Shown here piece after piece: positions 8,192 through 17,598 of a DNA stretch of 64,000 nt. The stretch lies in the NCBI GenBank assembly GCA_020722315.1, contig DYLD01000001.1:13296-77295 (forward strand), in the 5' to 3' direction. The translations under genes and the position numbers were made by a program. The DNA comes from Syntrophus aciditrophicus. GTDB lineage: Bacteria > Desulfobacterota > Syntrophia > Syntrophales > UBA5619. Under the pieces are notes generated by a model. That model was not told where the DNA came from, searched no databases, and saw only the letters and a program-made list of their open reading frames with translations. Within the stretch, counting starts at the first letter, position 1, and each line of letters begins with the position of its first letter.

Positions 8192-8946
8192 TTCTTTCCC
8201 CCCTTTCTGAAGCCGTGCGAAAAAGTGGCGTCGTAAAGCCTGGAAGCGGGAATATCCCGCGAAAGAGCTTTTCCGACGATGATCATCGCCGTGGAGCTTA
8301 TCTTTGCCTCTTTTGTCTTTTCGGAAATATCGGCGAGCGTTCCCCGGATTATAAGTTGATCAGGCCAGGAGGCGCGGTAAACAACGGCGGCCGGGCACTT
8401 AGGGCCGTAATAGTACCGCAGCGTGACGGCCACCTCGTTGATCTTTTGCACCGACAGGAAAATGCAGAGCGTCGCGCGCGTTTTCGCGATCCTCTCGAGC
8501 TGCTGTTCCTCCGGCAGAGGGGTGCGCCCCGCCGTTCTGGTGAGAATAATCGTCTGCGCCGTCTCCGGGGCGGTAAGCTCCGTGCGCAATGCGGCGGCGG
8601 CGGCCTGAAAGGAACTGACACCGGGTGTGACGTCGTATCCGATTCCAAGCTCGTCGAGCCTGTTCATCTGCTCGCGCGTCGCCCCGTAAATCGAGGGATC
8701 CCCGGAATGAAGGCGGACGACGTCGACTCCCTTCTCGGCTGCCTTTTGATAAACGGCGACAACCTCATCCAGCGACATCCCGGCGGAGTCGTAGCACTCA
8801 GCATCTTTCGGGATAAGCGCCAGAACCTCGGGGCTGACAAGGGATCCCGCATAGATGCAGATACGGCAGGCGCCAAGCAGTTTCTCCGCCTTTTTGGTAA
8901 GCAGATCCGGATCCCCCGGACCCGCGCCGACGAAATGAACCATCAT
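8188..8946 (-). CDS. cbiF: Cobalt-precorrin-4 C11-methyltransferase
   Basis: Contains MMVHFVGAGPGDPDLLTKKA...IYAGSLV...LHSGDPSIYGA...TPGVSSFQAAAA. The track ORF extends to 8994, but those 16 extra codons lie inside repeat copy A. The true start is ambiguous (8946, 8943 or 8994). Confidence 0.85.
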   Translation of the reverse strand: MMVHFVGAGPGDPDLLTKKAEKLLGACRICIYAGSLVSPEVLALIPKDAECYDSAGMSLDEVVAVYQKAAEKGVDVVRLHSGDPSIYGATREQMNRLDELGIGYDVTPGVSSFQAAAAALRTELTAPETAQTIILTRTAGRTPLPEEQQLERIAKTRATLCIFLSVQKINEVAVTLRYYYGPKCPAAVVYRASWPDQLIIRGTLADISEKTKEAKISSTAMIIVGKALSRDIPASRLYDATFSHGFRKGGKK

Positions 8947-8960
8947 ATCTCTTATCCGTG

Positions 8961-9151
8961 GAGACCGTTGCAAAACGCCGCCTTTCGCGCTCATAAATCT
9001 TTTTCGACCCCGCTGCGTCTCGCTAAAGACTATACAGGCTAAACGCTCTCTAACGTTCGCGTTCTTAACGCCTTTCGAGTCTTGCTGCGACGGCGGGGTA
9101 CCCCGAAAAATCTTTGAAATCGCGCTTCAGGCAGCATTTTTCAAAGGTCAC
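8961..9151. repeat. ~190-bp palindromic intergenic repeat, copy A (within the cbi operon)
   Basis: It aligns by eye along its full length with 21405-21595, and in reverse complement with 43955-44153 and 46802-46998. The termini are GAGACCnTTGCAAAACGCC ... GCATTTTTCAAAGGTC. Confidence 0.85.
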
Positions 9152-9199
9152 CGTGCTCGACTTCCCCGGCCGGGCAAAAAAGCGGCCGGGACTCCGCCG

Positions 9200-9943
9200 T
9201 CATGTCCCTTTATCGGCGTTAACCAGAATGACGGACAGGTATCCCGCCTCCGGCGCCCCGGTCTTAAGGCGCCGCAGATCCGTCTCGATGCGCTGATCGG
9301 CCATCGTCGCATGCGACACGAACACGGCCTGCTCCAGGAGGCCTTCCTGATCAATGATGGCAAGAATCTCCTGCAGCCGCCCGCCTATCTTCATCAGAAC
9401 AACAGTCCCTCCGAGAGACAACGCATCGCGTACCGCCTTCAGATCGTCCGCGGTCGGGATGATCGTTACCGGTTTTTTGCCCTCTCCTATCGCGAAATCC
9501 GTCAAAGCGGCCGCCGCAAAGAACGACGTGATCCCTGGAACCGTGACGGTCTCGACGGCGGGAAGCCTTCTTTTCACCGCCTTCAACAGGTAGATATACG
9601 TCGAATAGAGCAGCGGATCGCCGAGCGTAAGAAAGCAGGCATCCTCTCCCCTTTCGAGAACCTCGGTGACGTGGACGGCAGCCTCGTCCCATTTCCTTTC
9701 GAGCTGCTCCCTGTCGGCCGTCATCGGGAATACGAGTTCATGAACCGCCGTTTTCGGGCCGATAAGGCCCCGGGCAATATGAAGGGCGACGCTTTCCGCG
9801 GCCGTTCTTGCTTTCGGTACGAACAGGTGCGGCGAGGCGCCGATCAGACGCGCCCCTTTCAACGTCATCAGTTCCGGATCTCCCGGCCCTGCGCCGATTC
9901 CGTAAAGTATCCCCGTTTTACAATCCCTGGCGTCCGTTCTCAT
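9200..9943 (-). CDS. cbiL: Cobalt-factor II (precorrin-2) C20-methyltransferase
   Basis: Contains GILYGIGAGPGDPELMTLKG...FPMTADREQLERKWDEAA...LGDPLLYSTYIYL...VPGITSFFAAAA. Confidence 0.8.
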   Translation of the reverse strand: MRTDARDCKTGILYGIGAGPGDPELMTLKGARLIGASPHLFVPKARTAAESVALHIARGLIGPKTAVHELVFPMTADREQLERKWDEAAVHVTEVLERGEDACFLTLGDPLLYSTYIYLLKAVKRRLPAVETVTVPGITSFFAAAALTDFAIGEGKKPVTIIPTADDLKAVRDALSLGGTVVLMKIGGRLQEILAIIDQEGLLEQAVFVSHATMADQRIETDLRRLKTGAPEAGYLSVILVNADKGT

Positions 9944-10587
9944 GAAAACAGTTCTCTCTTCACAGCCAGAACGATGACCCTCGTCGAGACTTCACGCTCT
10001 GTAAGCTCATCGGGCTTGACCTCGGTGATCTTTTCGTCGGGGAGGGTAAGCTCCTCGCAGAGAAAAACCCTCCGCCCATCCCCGAGTTCCTTCAAAAGCC
10101 CGGCGATCCAGTGGAGGCTTGCGGTTCTCCCGCCGAGAATGGCGATCTTCCCGGCAGGACGAAGCTCATCCGCCGAAATCCTAGGATCCTCCTTATGGGC
10201 GGAGAGGATCGTCACATCCTCCCACGAAAGGCCGATTCTCGCGAAGGCGACCTGGATGGAGCTGATCCCGGGGATAACCTCGCAGTTTTCGCGCCCAAAA
10301 TGCCGGATGACCGGCTGCGCCAGGCTGAATATCCCCGGATCCCCGGTTGCCAGCAGAACAACCTGTTTGCCCATATCCCTCTGCCTGGCGATGATTTCCA
10401 GCGTTTGCGCTATATCAGCCCCCGCATCGATCCTCTCGGCGGAGGACTCCGTAAACAATCCCTCAAGGCGCTTGGAGACGATCAGCACGTCCGCCTTCCC
10501 GGCGGCGGCGGCCGCCGCAGGCGGCAACAGATCAACCGAACCGGGGCCGCAGCCGACGATGATAATTCTTTTCTTTTCTACCGCCAT
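9940..10587 (-). CDS. cbiE: Cobalt-precorrin-7 C5-methyltransferase (stand-alone CbiE)
   Basis: 215 aa. Contains IIIVGCGPGSVDLL...LATGDPGIFSLA...IPGISSIQVAFARIG..W.D..ILSAH. No CbiT domain is attached. Confidence 0.7.
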   Translation of the reverse strand: MAVEKKRIIIVGCGPGSVDLLPPAAAAAAGKADVLIVSKRLEGLFTESSAERIDAGADIAQTLEIIARQRDMGKQVVLLATGDPGIFSLAQPVIRHFGRENCEVIPGISSIQVAFARIGLSWEDVTILSAHKEDPRISADELRPAGKIAILGGRTASLHWIAGLLKELGDGRRVFLCEELTLPDEKITEVKPDELTEREVSTRVIVLAVKRELFS

Positions 10588-11645
10588 TTTTGAGTATCCC
10601 CCGCCTCGCCGAATATCCGGCCGGAAAGGTCGATCAAAACCGTCGCGACAATAAGCTTATCCCCGACTTTTTTTGTTATGGCCTCTCTGACAGCCTCGGC
10701 AAGCCGGTCCCCGAGCCGCCGCCGCTGTTGGGTTTCGAGGGCCATGAATATCCCCTCGACGGTAGCGACTTTCGCGGCCGGTCGTCCGATGACCGCCTTA
10801 TGAAACGCCTCCACGATCCCAACGGCGCTTTGCGACCTATGGGAGTGCGTATCGAAGTCTCCCCGGATCAGTTTGGCGAGTTTGCCGGGGTGACCGAGCG
10901 CCATCAGGGCTGTAAAAGGGTGTTTCACCGACTCGTCCAGCGCAACGCCCCACTCGTTTCCGGTTTCTATAACCTGCTCCGGCACGGTATTAAAATCGCG
11001 CCGCGCCGCGCGTTCACCGATATGGCCGGGAACCAGTATCGGCATCTTGACTCCAGCGGCGGCGGCCACGCTCAGCGAACAACGGACCGTTTCCTGTAGA
11101 GCGGCCAGACTGAAAGGTCTGACGATTCCCGTCGTTCCGAGGATCGAGATGCCACCTGTAATGCCGAGCCTCGGGTTGAAGGTTTTGGCGGCCAGTTCTT
11201 CGCCTTTTTCCACCGAAATCGTCACCTGTACGCCGCGGGACGTGACCTCCCTGATTGCCTTTGTAATCATGCTGCGCGGTGCCGGGTTGATGGCCGGCTC
11301 GCCGGGGGGAATGGCAAGTCCCGGTTTTGTCACGATTCCCACCCCCGTTCCGGCAACAAATGTCACCTTTTGATCCCCCCGCCAGCAGACGGCGGCCCTG
11401 ATAAGCGCCTTATCGGTAACATCGGGATCGTCGCCGGCATCCTTTTGCACGGTCGCCTCCGCGCCGTCTCCGGCAAGCTTCAGATCAACGATGGGAATGG
11501 AAAGCCTTTTCCCATCGGGCAGGGGGATATCCATTTCCCTTTCCTTTTCTCCCCTGTCCAAGAGCAGAACGGCCGCCTTTGCGGCCGCCGCCGCACAGCT
11601 TCCGGTCGTGTATCCCTCCCGCAGCGTTCCGGTCTTATTCATCAC
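10578..11645 (-). CDS. cbiD: Cobalt-precorrin-5B C1-methyltransferase
   Basis: Contains LREGYTTGSCAAAAAKAA...GISILGTTGIVRPFS. Confidence 0.85.
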   Translation of the reverse strand: MMNKTGTLREGYTTGSCAAAAAKAAVLLLDRGEKEREMDIPLPDGKRLSIPIVDLKLAGDGAEATVQKDAGDDPDVTDKALIRAAVCWRGDQKVTFVAGTGVGIVTKPGLAIPPGEPAINPAPRSMITKAIREVTSRGVQVTISVEKGEELAAKTFNPRLGITGGISILGTTGIVRPFSLAALQETVRCSLSVAAAAGVKMPILVPGHIGERAARRDFNTVPEQVIETGNEWGVALDESVKHPFTALMALGHPGKLAKLIRGDFDTHSHRSQSAVGIVEAFHKAVIGRPAAKVATVEGIFMALETQQRRRLGDRLAEAVREAITKKVGDKLIVATVLIDLSGRIFGEAGDTQKWR

Positions 11646-11698
11646 CTAACCCCGATAAACCAAAGCTTCCCCGTTCTGCAAGCCGAAGGTACCGGCGG

Positions 11699-12607
11699 CT
11701 ACAGCTCGATGCGGTTGTCCCGCGCGACGTCCTTTATATGCTGAACGAATATCCTTCCGATCGCAGGATTTTCACCCAGCCCGCGGCTAACCGGGATAAA
11801 CGTAATCCCGTTCGCCTGGAAGATCGTCTTCCAGGAATCCTCTTCATCACCGGCCATATCGTTTCTGGCATGCTCCCCCGCGACGATCATCAAAGGTTTT
11901 ACCACCACCTTGCGTATCTTGTCCCTGAGGAGCTTTGTAACAACACGCTCAACGGACGGAAACCCCTCAACGCATCCGATATAAACAGGCGTATCCGGGT
12001 ACATCTTGCGTAACGATTCCTGAAATTCCATATAGATGCCGGTGGAGAGATAGGCGTTTCCGTGTCCCATATAAACGAGCGCCGCATGATGCTCTTTGGC
12101 CATATCCAGATCTGGCCGCAGCGCCTCCGCGGCGACGCGAAGATCATGATGATAAGGATATTCCTTTCCCTTTTTCCCCAGAAGGGGCCGTCCCAGAACT
12201 ATTTTCCGGAAGGGCTTGTGCCGGGGATTGATTGTGTTTATCGAATCGAGCCCGTCAACGCAGGATTTGAGATCGAGATATTCCTCCCCTTCAAAGATGT
12301 GGGTGGACTGGACAACGATCGTCTTGAAACCTTTATCCTGCAGGTCGGCAAGCGTTGCAAGGGGGGCCTTGACATCGAGAATTTCATCGGGGATATCCCT
12401 GTTTTCTTTGAGAAATCCCGCATCGTCACGCCTGCCGCGCCAGATTTTTCGAATTATGTCCGAGGTAAAGGCGATGCGGATCTTGACGCCAGGGAAGGCA
12501 GCGGCGATTTGTCTCTGAATGCCCGTCAGGGCGCCAAGCGCCGCGGGATAGCTCGTGCCGAACTGGGCAAGAACGATTGCAATCTTTTCTTCTTTGTTTT
12601 CCATCAT
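11699..12607 (-). CDS. cbiK: Sirohydrochlorin cobaltochelatase, cytoplasmic paralogue
   Basis: Start trimmed to MMENKEEKIAIVLAQFGTSYP. There is no signal peptide. It is a paralogue of 4957-5946. Confidence 0.8.
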   Translation of the reverse strand: MMENKEEKIAIVLAQFGTSYPAALGALTGIQRQIAAAFPGVKIRIAFTSDIIRKIWRGRRDDAGFLKENRDIPDEILDVKAPLATLADLQDKGFKTIVVQSTHIFEGEEYLDLKSCVDGLDSINTINPRHKPFRKIVLGRPLLGKKGKEYPYHHDLRVAAEALRPDLDMAKEHHAALVYMGHGNAYLSTGIYMEFQESLRKMYPDTPVYIGCVEGFPSVERVVTKLLRDKIRKVVVKPLMIVAGEHARNDMAGDEEDSWKTIFQANGITFIPVSRGLGENPAIGRIFVQHIKDVARDNRIEL

Positions 12608-12659
12608 AAATCCCGACTTTCCTCTGACGTAGGCTCCACGCCTGATCCTCACATCGGCC

Positions 12660-13415
12660 TCATCCTTGCCGCTGTTTGTCGAACTCGTACCCCCTTGAAC
12701 AGCTCACCGAAGGCGACGGGGGGACGGTTGTTACGTGTTGAGGATTGCCGATGCCGCAGAGCGCATTGATCGTGCTTGCAGCAAGCGGGCTTCCCCCGCG
12801 GCGGCCTGCAACGGCAATATAAGGGATGTCCAGTGTCATCAGCTCCTCCTTGCTCTCCACGACATGAACAAACCCGACCGGCATCGCAATGACAACAGCC
12901 GGTCTAATTCCCTCTTCAATGACCATCCGGTTGAGTTCCATCAACGCGATGGGTGCATTTCCAAAGGCTACGATCGCGTTTTGAAGAAAAGGGCGCGCCT
13001 TTCTTATCGCAAGCAGTGAACGGGGCAATGAGGTGCGTTCAGACATCTCTTCGATATCCTTATCTGCGATATGGCAGACGATGCTCTTCCTCCGGTAACG
13101 TCGGCAGACAAAACGGAGGCGGGAGACCGAAATCCCGGCGCGGATCATGTTCGAATCGACAATAATTGGCCGACAGGCCTTGAGGGCATCAAGGGCGGCC
13201 GTGACCGCGCCCTGAGAAAAGCGGATGTCTGCGGTGATTGCGACATCACCGGTTGCATGAATGATCCGCCGGACAACCGGCCATTCCTGTTCGGAGAAGG
13301 ATTGCCTCCCGATTTCCCGCTCGATGATTTCCATCGAACGGGCCTCAATCTCCGGACCGCTGAGCGGCGATGCCATAAAATCCCGCATGAGCGGGCGTCG
13401 CGGCCCTTCCATCAT
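12660..13415 (-). CDS. cbiC: Cobalt-precorrin-8 methylmutase
   Basis: Contains IEARSMEIIEREIG...VVRRIIHATGD...VAFGNAPIAL, which is CbiC/CobH-like. Confidence 0.8.
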   Translation of the reverse strand: MMEGPRRPLMRDFMASPLSGPEIEARSMEIIEREIGRQSFSEQEWPVVRRIIHATGDVAITADIRFSQGAVTAALDALKACRPIIVDSNMIRAGISVSRLRFVCRRYRRKSIVCHIADKDIEEMSERTSLPRSLLAIRKARPFLQNAIVAFGNAPIALMELNRMVIEEGIRPAVVIAMPVGFVHVVESKEELMTLDIPYIAVAGRRGGSPLAASTINALCGIGNPQHVTTVPPSPSVSCSRGYEFDKQRQG

Positions 13416-13418
13416 ACT

Positions 13419-14840
13419 TTAGCTCCTGCAACGTTCTATAAAGTGGTTGATCGCCGCCGGTCGTGAGGCGAAATGGAGATGGAGATAACTCGCAAGAATT
13501 GCCCCGCGTTGGAATCCCTCCGTCTCCAATGCCTCCTGTCTGGGCCGGCGTACCTGGTAAATTGCCTCCCATCGGGGATCCGCCGTCGGGTTATCAATCA
13601 ATTCCGAATAGTGGAACTCATGTCCGCGAAATGTATCGCCGGATCCGCCCCAAAGCGAATCATTCCGAAGCGTCACCTCTACGTAGCCAAGGGCCTTTTT
13701 CCCCGCCCGCATCCTCGTTCGTGCCGGCAGGACGCCGGCAAAGGGATGGTATTGATCGCCGACCTCTATTCCCCGCGATAGATACATAAGCCCACCGCAT
13801 TCGGCATAAAGCGGACGTCCAGAGTCCGCATATCTTCGTATCTCCTCAAGCATCCGCTTGTTGGCAGCCAGTCTGTCCGCGTATAACTCCGGATAACCTC
13901 CTCCGATATATAATGCACAGAGCCCATTTGGCAACGAAGCATCCGTAAGCGGGGAAAAGAAAAGCAAGTCACAGCCGGCTTCGGCGAGTTCATCGAATAG
14001 ATCCGCATAATAGAAATGGAAGGCATCATCACGCGCGATGCCGATGCGCAGAGGTTTTTTTCTCCCGCCGGATCGGCGCCTGGTCTGGGTGCGTTCCAAA
14101 CCATCTGAAGCTTTTTCGTTTCCTGCCTTTTCGGAAGACGAAGCCGTGTTCTTTGTCGCATCGAGCGAAAATATGTTTTCGATGTTGATATGCCTTTCAA
14201 AGACATCGGCCAAGGAGTTCAGAAACTGCTCTGAAAGGAGCCTCTGATCCGCCGTCACGAGGCCCAGATGACGGGAGGGGATATTGGGAAGGATGCCATC
14301 GTTTATTGCGCCGAGCAGAGGCGGGAGCCCCGCCGCCGCAAGCGAAAGGGAAAGCCATTCGGCATGACGCGCGGAGCCGCAACGATTGGCAATGATCCCG
14401 GCAAAGCGAAGGCCTGTCTCAAAGGTCGTGTAACCCTTGACAACTGCGGCGAAACTTCGTGCCATTTTGCGAACATCGACAACAAGAAGCACCGGGATGT
14501 CGAAAAGACGGGCGATTTGGGCCGTGCTTCCTTCATTGCTCTGCGGATCGGCGCCGTCGAAAAGACCCATGACCCCCTCGACAACGACGAAATCGGCGTC
14601 CCGGCACGCCCTTGCAAACAGCCGGCGGCAGTAGCCGCCCCCCGCCATCCATCCATCAAGGCTGTAGCAAATTCGGCCCGAAGCGATCGAAAGATAGGTC
14701 GGATCAAGAAAATCCGGACCGACCTTGAATGTCTGCACCCGCTTTCCCCGCCGCACAAGCGCATGCGTCAGCGCAATCGCAAGCGTTGTTTTTCCCACGC
14801 CGCTGTTTGTACCGGCAATAACGATAGATTGCAATGACAT
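13419..14840 (-). CDS. cbiA: Cobyrinate a,c-diamide synthase
   Basis: Start trimmed to MSLQSIVIAGTNSGVGKTTLA (P-loop). It has a C-terminal glutamine amidotransferase region (PLYAECGGLMYL...GHEFHYS). Confidence 0.85.
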   Translation of the reverse strand: MSLQSIVIAGTNSGVGKTTLAIALTHALVRRGKRVQTFKVGPDFLDPTYLSIASGRICYSLDGWMAGGGYCRRLFARACRDADFVVVEGVMGLFDGADPQSNEGSTAQIARLFDIPVLLVVDVRKMARSFAAVVKGYTTFETGLRFAGIIANRCGSARHAEWLSLSLAAAGLPPLLGAINDGILPNIPSRHLGLVTADQRLLSEQFLNSLADVFERHINIENIFSLDATKNTASSSEKAGNEKASDGLERTQTRRRSGGRKKPLRIGIARDDAFHFYYADLFDELAEAGCDLLFFSPLTDASLPNGLCALYIGGGYPELYADRLAANKRMLEEIRRYADSGRPLYAECGGLMYLSRGIEVGDQYHPFAGVLPARTRMRAGKKALGYVEVTLRNDSLWGGSGDTFRGHEFHYSELIDNPTADPRWEAIYQVRRPRQEALETEGFQRGAILASYLHLHFASRPAAINHFIERCRS

Positions 14841-14847
14841 CAAAAAC

Positions 14848-15108
14848 TCATCCGAAAAGCCGTAGTTCACGGCCGGTCAATTCCAATCGCGAACCATGGA
14901 CGACCTCGGCCATCTTGCAGACGATCAACCCCATTCCCCTTGCTATAAGCTTCCACCAGGCATCCATGAAGTATTGGTCGTACTCGTCGGACAAGACAAC
15001 TTCGATTTGATCGGCCTTAATATCCAGCCCTTTGGCCGCCTTTTCCGGATCAAAATCCTTCCGCATCCGTTCACTGCCGGCAACATAGACGATTACCCCG
15101 TTTTTCAT
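14848..15108 (-). CDS. Hypothetical small protein (86 aa)
   Basis: An ORF packed tightly between exbD and cbiA on the operon strand, with a GGGG-rich RBS upstream. I recognise no family. Confidence 0.35.
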   Translation of the reverse strand: MKNGVIVYVAGSERMRKDFDPEKAAKGLDIKADQIEVVLSDEYDQYFMDAWWKLIARGMGLIVCKMAEVVHGSRLELTGRELRLFG

Positions 15109-15184
15109 TTTCCGCCCCCCTTTCTTTATTACTTTTCAATGAGACCGTCTCTTTTTGTTTCATACACCAAAGCGATGATGGCCT

Positions 15185-15568
15185 TTACTTCTTTATCTCT
15201 GTCTGGACGGCGACTTTTTTGAACCCCCCGTGATTGATAATATCAAGGACATCGATAAAAACCTGGAGCCTTATATCGGAGTCCGCGCGGATAATCAGCG
15301 GCGTTTCCCGATCCAACGGACGTATGGTATTGTTCAACTCATCCAGTCCGACCTCCCGGGAATTGAAATAGACTTTGCCGTCCCGGTCAATCGAAATTAT
15401 ATCGTTTTTGACGACTTCGGCCTTGCTTGGGGACGCCTTCGGGAGGGAGACGGAGATCATACCGGTAGCAATAAACGTCGAGGTCGTCAAAACGATCGTC
15501 AGCAGCACCAGCATGACATCGACAAGCGGAATCACGTTGATGTAATTAAACTCCTTCTCGTCGTTCAT
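15185..15568 (-). CDS. exbD: Biopolymer transport protein ExbD/TolR
   Basis: Contains INVIPLVDVMLVLLTIVL, one TM segment and a periplasmic domain. Confidence 0.8.
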   Translation of the reverse strand: MNDEKEFNYINVIPLVDVMLVLLTIVLTTSTFIATGMISVSLPKASPSKAEVVKNDIISIDRDGKVYFNSREVGLDELNNTIRPLDRETPLIIRADSDIRLQVFIDVLDIINHGGFKKVAVQTEIKK

Positions 15569-15983
15569 GTTTCAGCTCCCACTCTAAAATAATGCCCTTC
15601 GCGCGCCGCAAAAGGAGGTTGTAAAAAACGACGGAGGGAATCGCTACGAGAAGTCCCACCGCCGTCGCCTTCAGCGCCATTGAAAGACCGATCATGATTT
15701 TCCCCGTGTCGGCGAAGCCCTCCAGCCCCATCGTGTAAAACGTCGCCATGATCCCCAGCACCGTCCCGAGCAGCCCGACATAGGGCGCGTTGCTTGCGAT
15801 CGTGGCGATGAGATGGAGCCTTTTGGTAAGCTCGAATTCCAGCGCGCGTTTATCGTGAAATTTCCCGCCGTTGATGTTGCGGTAGGACAAAAACCTTTCG
15901 ATCGCGATCGCCAGCGCGGCGACGCTCATCAAAACGAGCAATCCCATGATCCCGTAATCCACCAATGCCGATAAATATGCCAT
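15546..15983 (-). CDS. exbB: MotA/TolQ/ExbB proton channel (short form)
   Basis: Contains NAPYVGLLGTVLGIM...LKATAVGLLVAIPSVVFYN. Confidence 0.8.
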   Translation of the reverse strand: MAYLSALVDYGIMGLLVLMSVAALAIAIERFLSYRNINGGKFHDKRALEFELTKRLHLIATIASNAPYVGLLGTVLGIMATFYTMGLEGFADTGKIMIGLSMALKATAVGLLVAIPSVVFYNLLLRRAKGIILEWELKHERREGV

Positions 15984-16039
15984 CTCTCAACGTCCTCAAA
16001 TATCCATTACAGGGATGATCCCTTTTTTATTGGGTGATT

Positions 16040-17017
16040 CTATTCCAGTTTGAAACGAATCGGTAAAACGGCGCGGGAGGCGATATTGCGTCCTTGTATT
16101 CGCGCCGGGGCAAAGGTCGATTTTCTGACCGCCTCAATCGCCGCCTCCGTCAAACCGTAACCGGGCGATTCATTAACGTCTATTTTCTGAACCCTGCCCG
16201 TGCTGTCGATAAGAAGGGTCAAGACGACCCTTCCCTCCTTGCCACGTCTTCTTGCCAACGCCGGATAGACGGGAATCTCCCTGTGAATAAACCTCGGGGC
16301 GTTCAGCTCGCCGAACCTGGTCTCCAGAGGACTCCCGGCGCCCCCACCCCCTCCGGAACCCGTACCTGTTGACGCATAGTTTCCGGAACCGTCTCCAAAA
16401 GCGCCTTCCAACGTGCTTCCCGCCGCATCGGAAACGCCGACGGAATGACCTCCTTCACCGTGCCGGGTGCCGGCGGCGGCCGTACCTATGGCAGGAACGG
16501 CATCGGCGTCGATGAACTCATCACCCTTCGGCTTCCCTATAGCGGGCGGCAGCTGCGTTTCCGTGGTCTTTACCGATGCGTATTTTCCCTCAACCGGGTG
16601 CATAACCCTTTCTTCGGTCGTTATTTGGTCGATCGGGGCCAAACGAGCGGCCGCGGGACGTTCGACGGTTGTCGGGCGGTTCGCCTGCCTGCGCGCTCCG
16701 GGAGGGTTGTGTTTTTTCATCGGCTTGGAAATCAAAGAGGGCTTCTCGGCTTTCACTTTCATCCCCGAGTCAGGATGGATCGGGCGATCCTGCAAGAAGG
16801 AGGCTCCTTCGTCAAAGCTGATATGAAAGGTTTTGAGCTCGATCATCTTTGCGCCGGGCTGGATCATCAGCAGAAAGATAAAGGCGATATGGACCAAAAG
16901 CGAGCAGACAATGCCGATATGACCCTCACGGATATGTGCTATGCCGGAACCCCTCCGTGTTGATGAAACATCAAGGTACGCCGAATAGCTCTTTTCTTCA
17001 GCACTCATACTTCGCAA
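16040..17017 (-). CDS. tonB: Energy transducer TonB
   Basis: It has an N-terminal TM segment, a low-complexity linker, and a C-terminal domain reading YPALARRRGKEGRVVLTLLIDSTGRV...APARIQGRNI. Confidence 0.8.
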   Translation of the reverse strand: MRSMSAEEKSYSAYLDVSSTRRGSGIAHIREGHIGIVCSLLVHIAFIFLLMIQPGAKMIELKTFHISFDEGASFLQDRPIHPDSGMKVKAEKPSLISKPMKKHNPPGARRQANRPTTVERPAAARLAPIDQITTEERVMHPVEGKYASVKTTETQLPPAIGKPKGDEFIDADAVPAIGTAAAGTRHGEGGHSVGVSDAAGSTLEGAFGDGSGNYASTGTGSGGGGGAGSPLETRFGELNAPRFIHREIPVYPALARRRGKEGRVVLTLLIDSTGRVQKIDVNESPGYGLTEAAIEAVRKSTFAPARIQGRNIASRAVLPIRFKLE

Positions 17018-17169
17018 ACGCTCCAGATTCAGTAACTTTTATTGACACGAGAAAATCCAAACAAAAAATCCCCGGCCATATCAAACGTATGACCGGGGAT
17101 TAAACGTTTTTATAATCCGGATTAACCCAACACCTTCGGCCTTCTTTACCGTCGAAGATAAAGCCGAGC

Positions 17170-17365
17170 TGATTCTGGCAGGTCTCCTGGCTTGCAGTTC
17201 ATTCCTCCTCCCTCGCCTTCCCATCGTAACGACAGTGGCCGGCATCTCGGAACCCGGTACTTGCAGTATCGGCATGAGCTTTCCGAGTCCGTAGAGGGAA
17301 TCGTCGCTGCTTACAGTGGCGGGTCCGCTCCCGATTCTTACGGGATTCCCTATTATACCGCCCGA
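17170..17365 (-). promoter_or_regulatory. Cobalamin riboswitch upstream of tonB-exbBD-cbi
   Basis: The minus strand reads AATAGGGAATCCCGTAAGAATCGGGAGCGGACCCGCCACTGTAAGC...GCCACTGTCG...ATGGGAAGGCG...GCAAGCCAGGAGACCTGCC (canonical B12 box). Confidence 0.9.
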
Positions 17366-17598
17366 AGGGGCGGCACCAGAACAGCATGACTTGTAAAAGA
17401 ACCTGTATTTTTCCCAACAACCGTTTTGTGAAATCGGTAACATGGCTTTCCTTTTTCTGTCAAGTGATATTTGCATCGTTACTTTCCCGCTCTTTTCAAG
17501 ATGCGGGGATACTGAAGCCACCACCGGAACTGATTGGAAAAGATTCGTCTCAGCCGTCAATCCGTCCTTCCGGCAAAAAACGAGCTCCTCCGTCAGGA

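Noticed and set aside
8215-9042. 275-aa plus-strand ORF
   Set aside because: It is antisense to cbiF and extends into repeat copy A. It has shadow-frame composition.
9311-10654. 447-aa plus-strand ORF
   Set aside because: It is antisense to cbiL and cbiE, which carry clear methyltransferase motifs. Its composition is Arg/Pro/Ser-rich and low-complexity, typical of a shadow ORF in GC-rich DNA.
17081-17560. 159-aa minus-strand ORF
   Set aside because: It runs straight through the cobalamin riboswitch (17170-17365), so the region is better explained as regulatory RNA.
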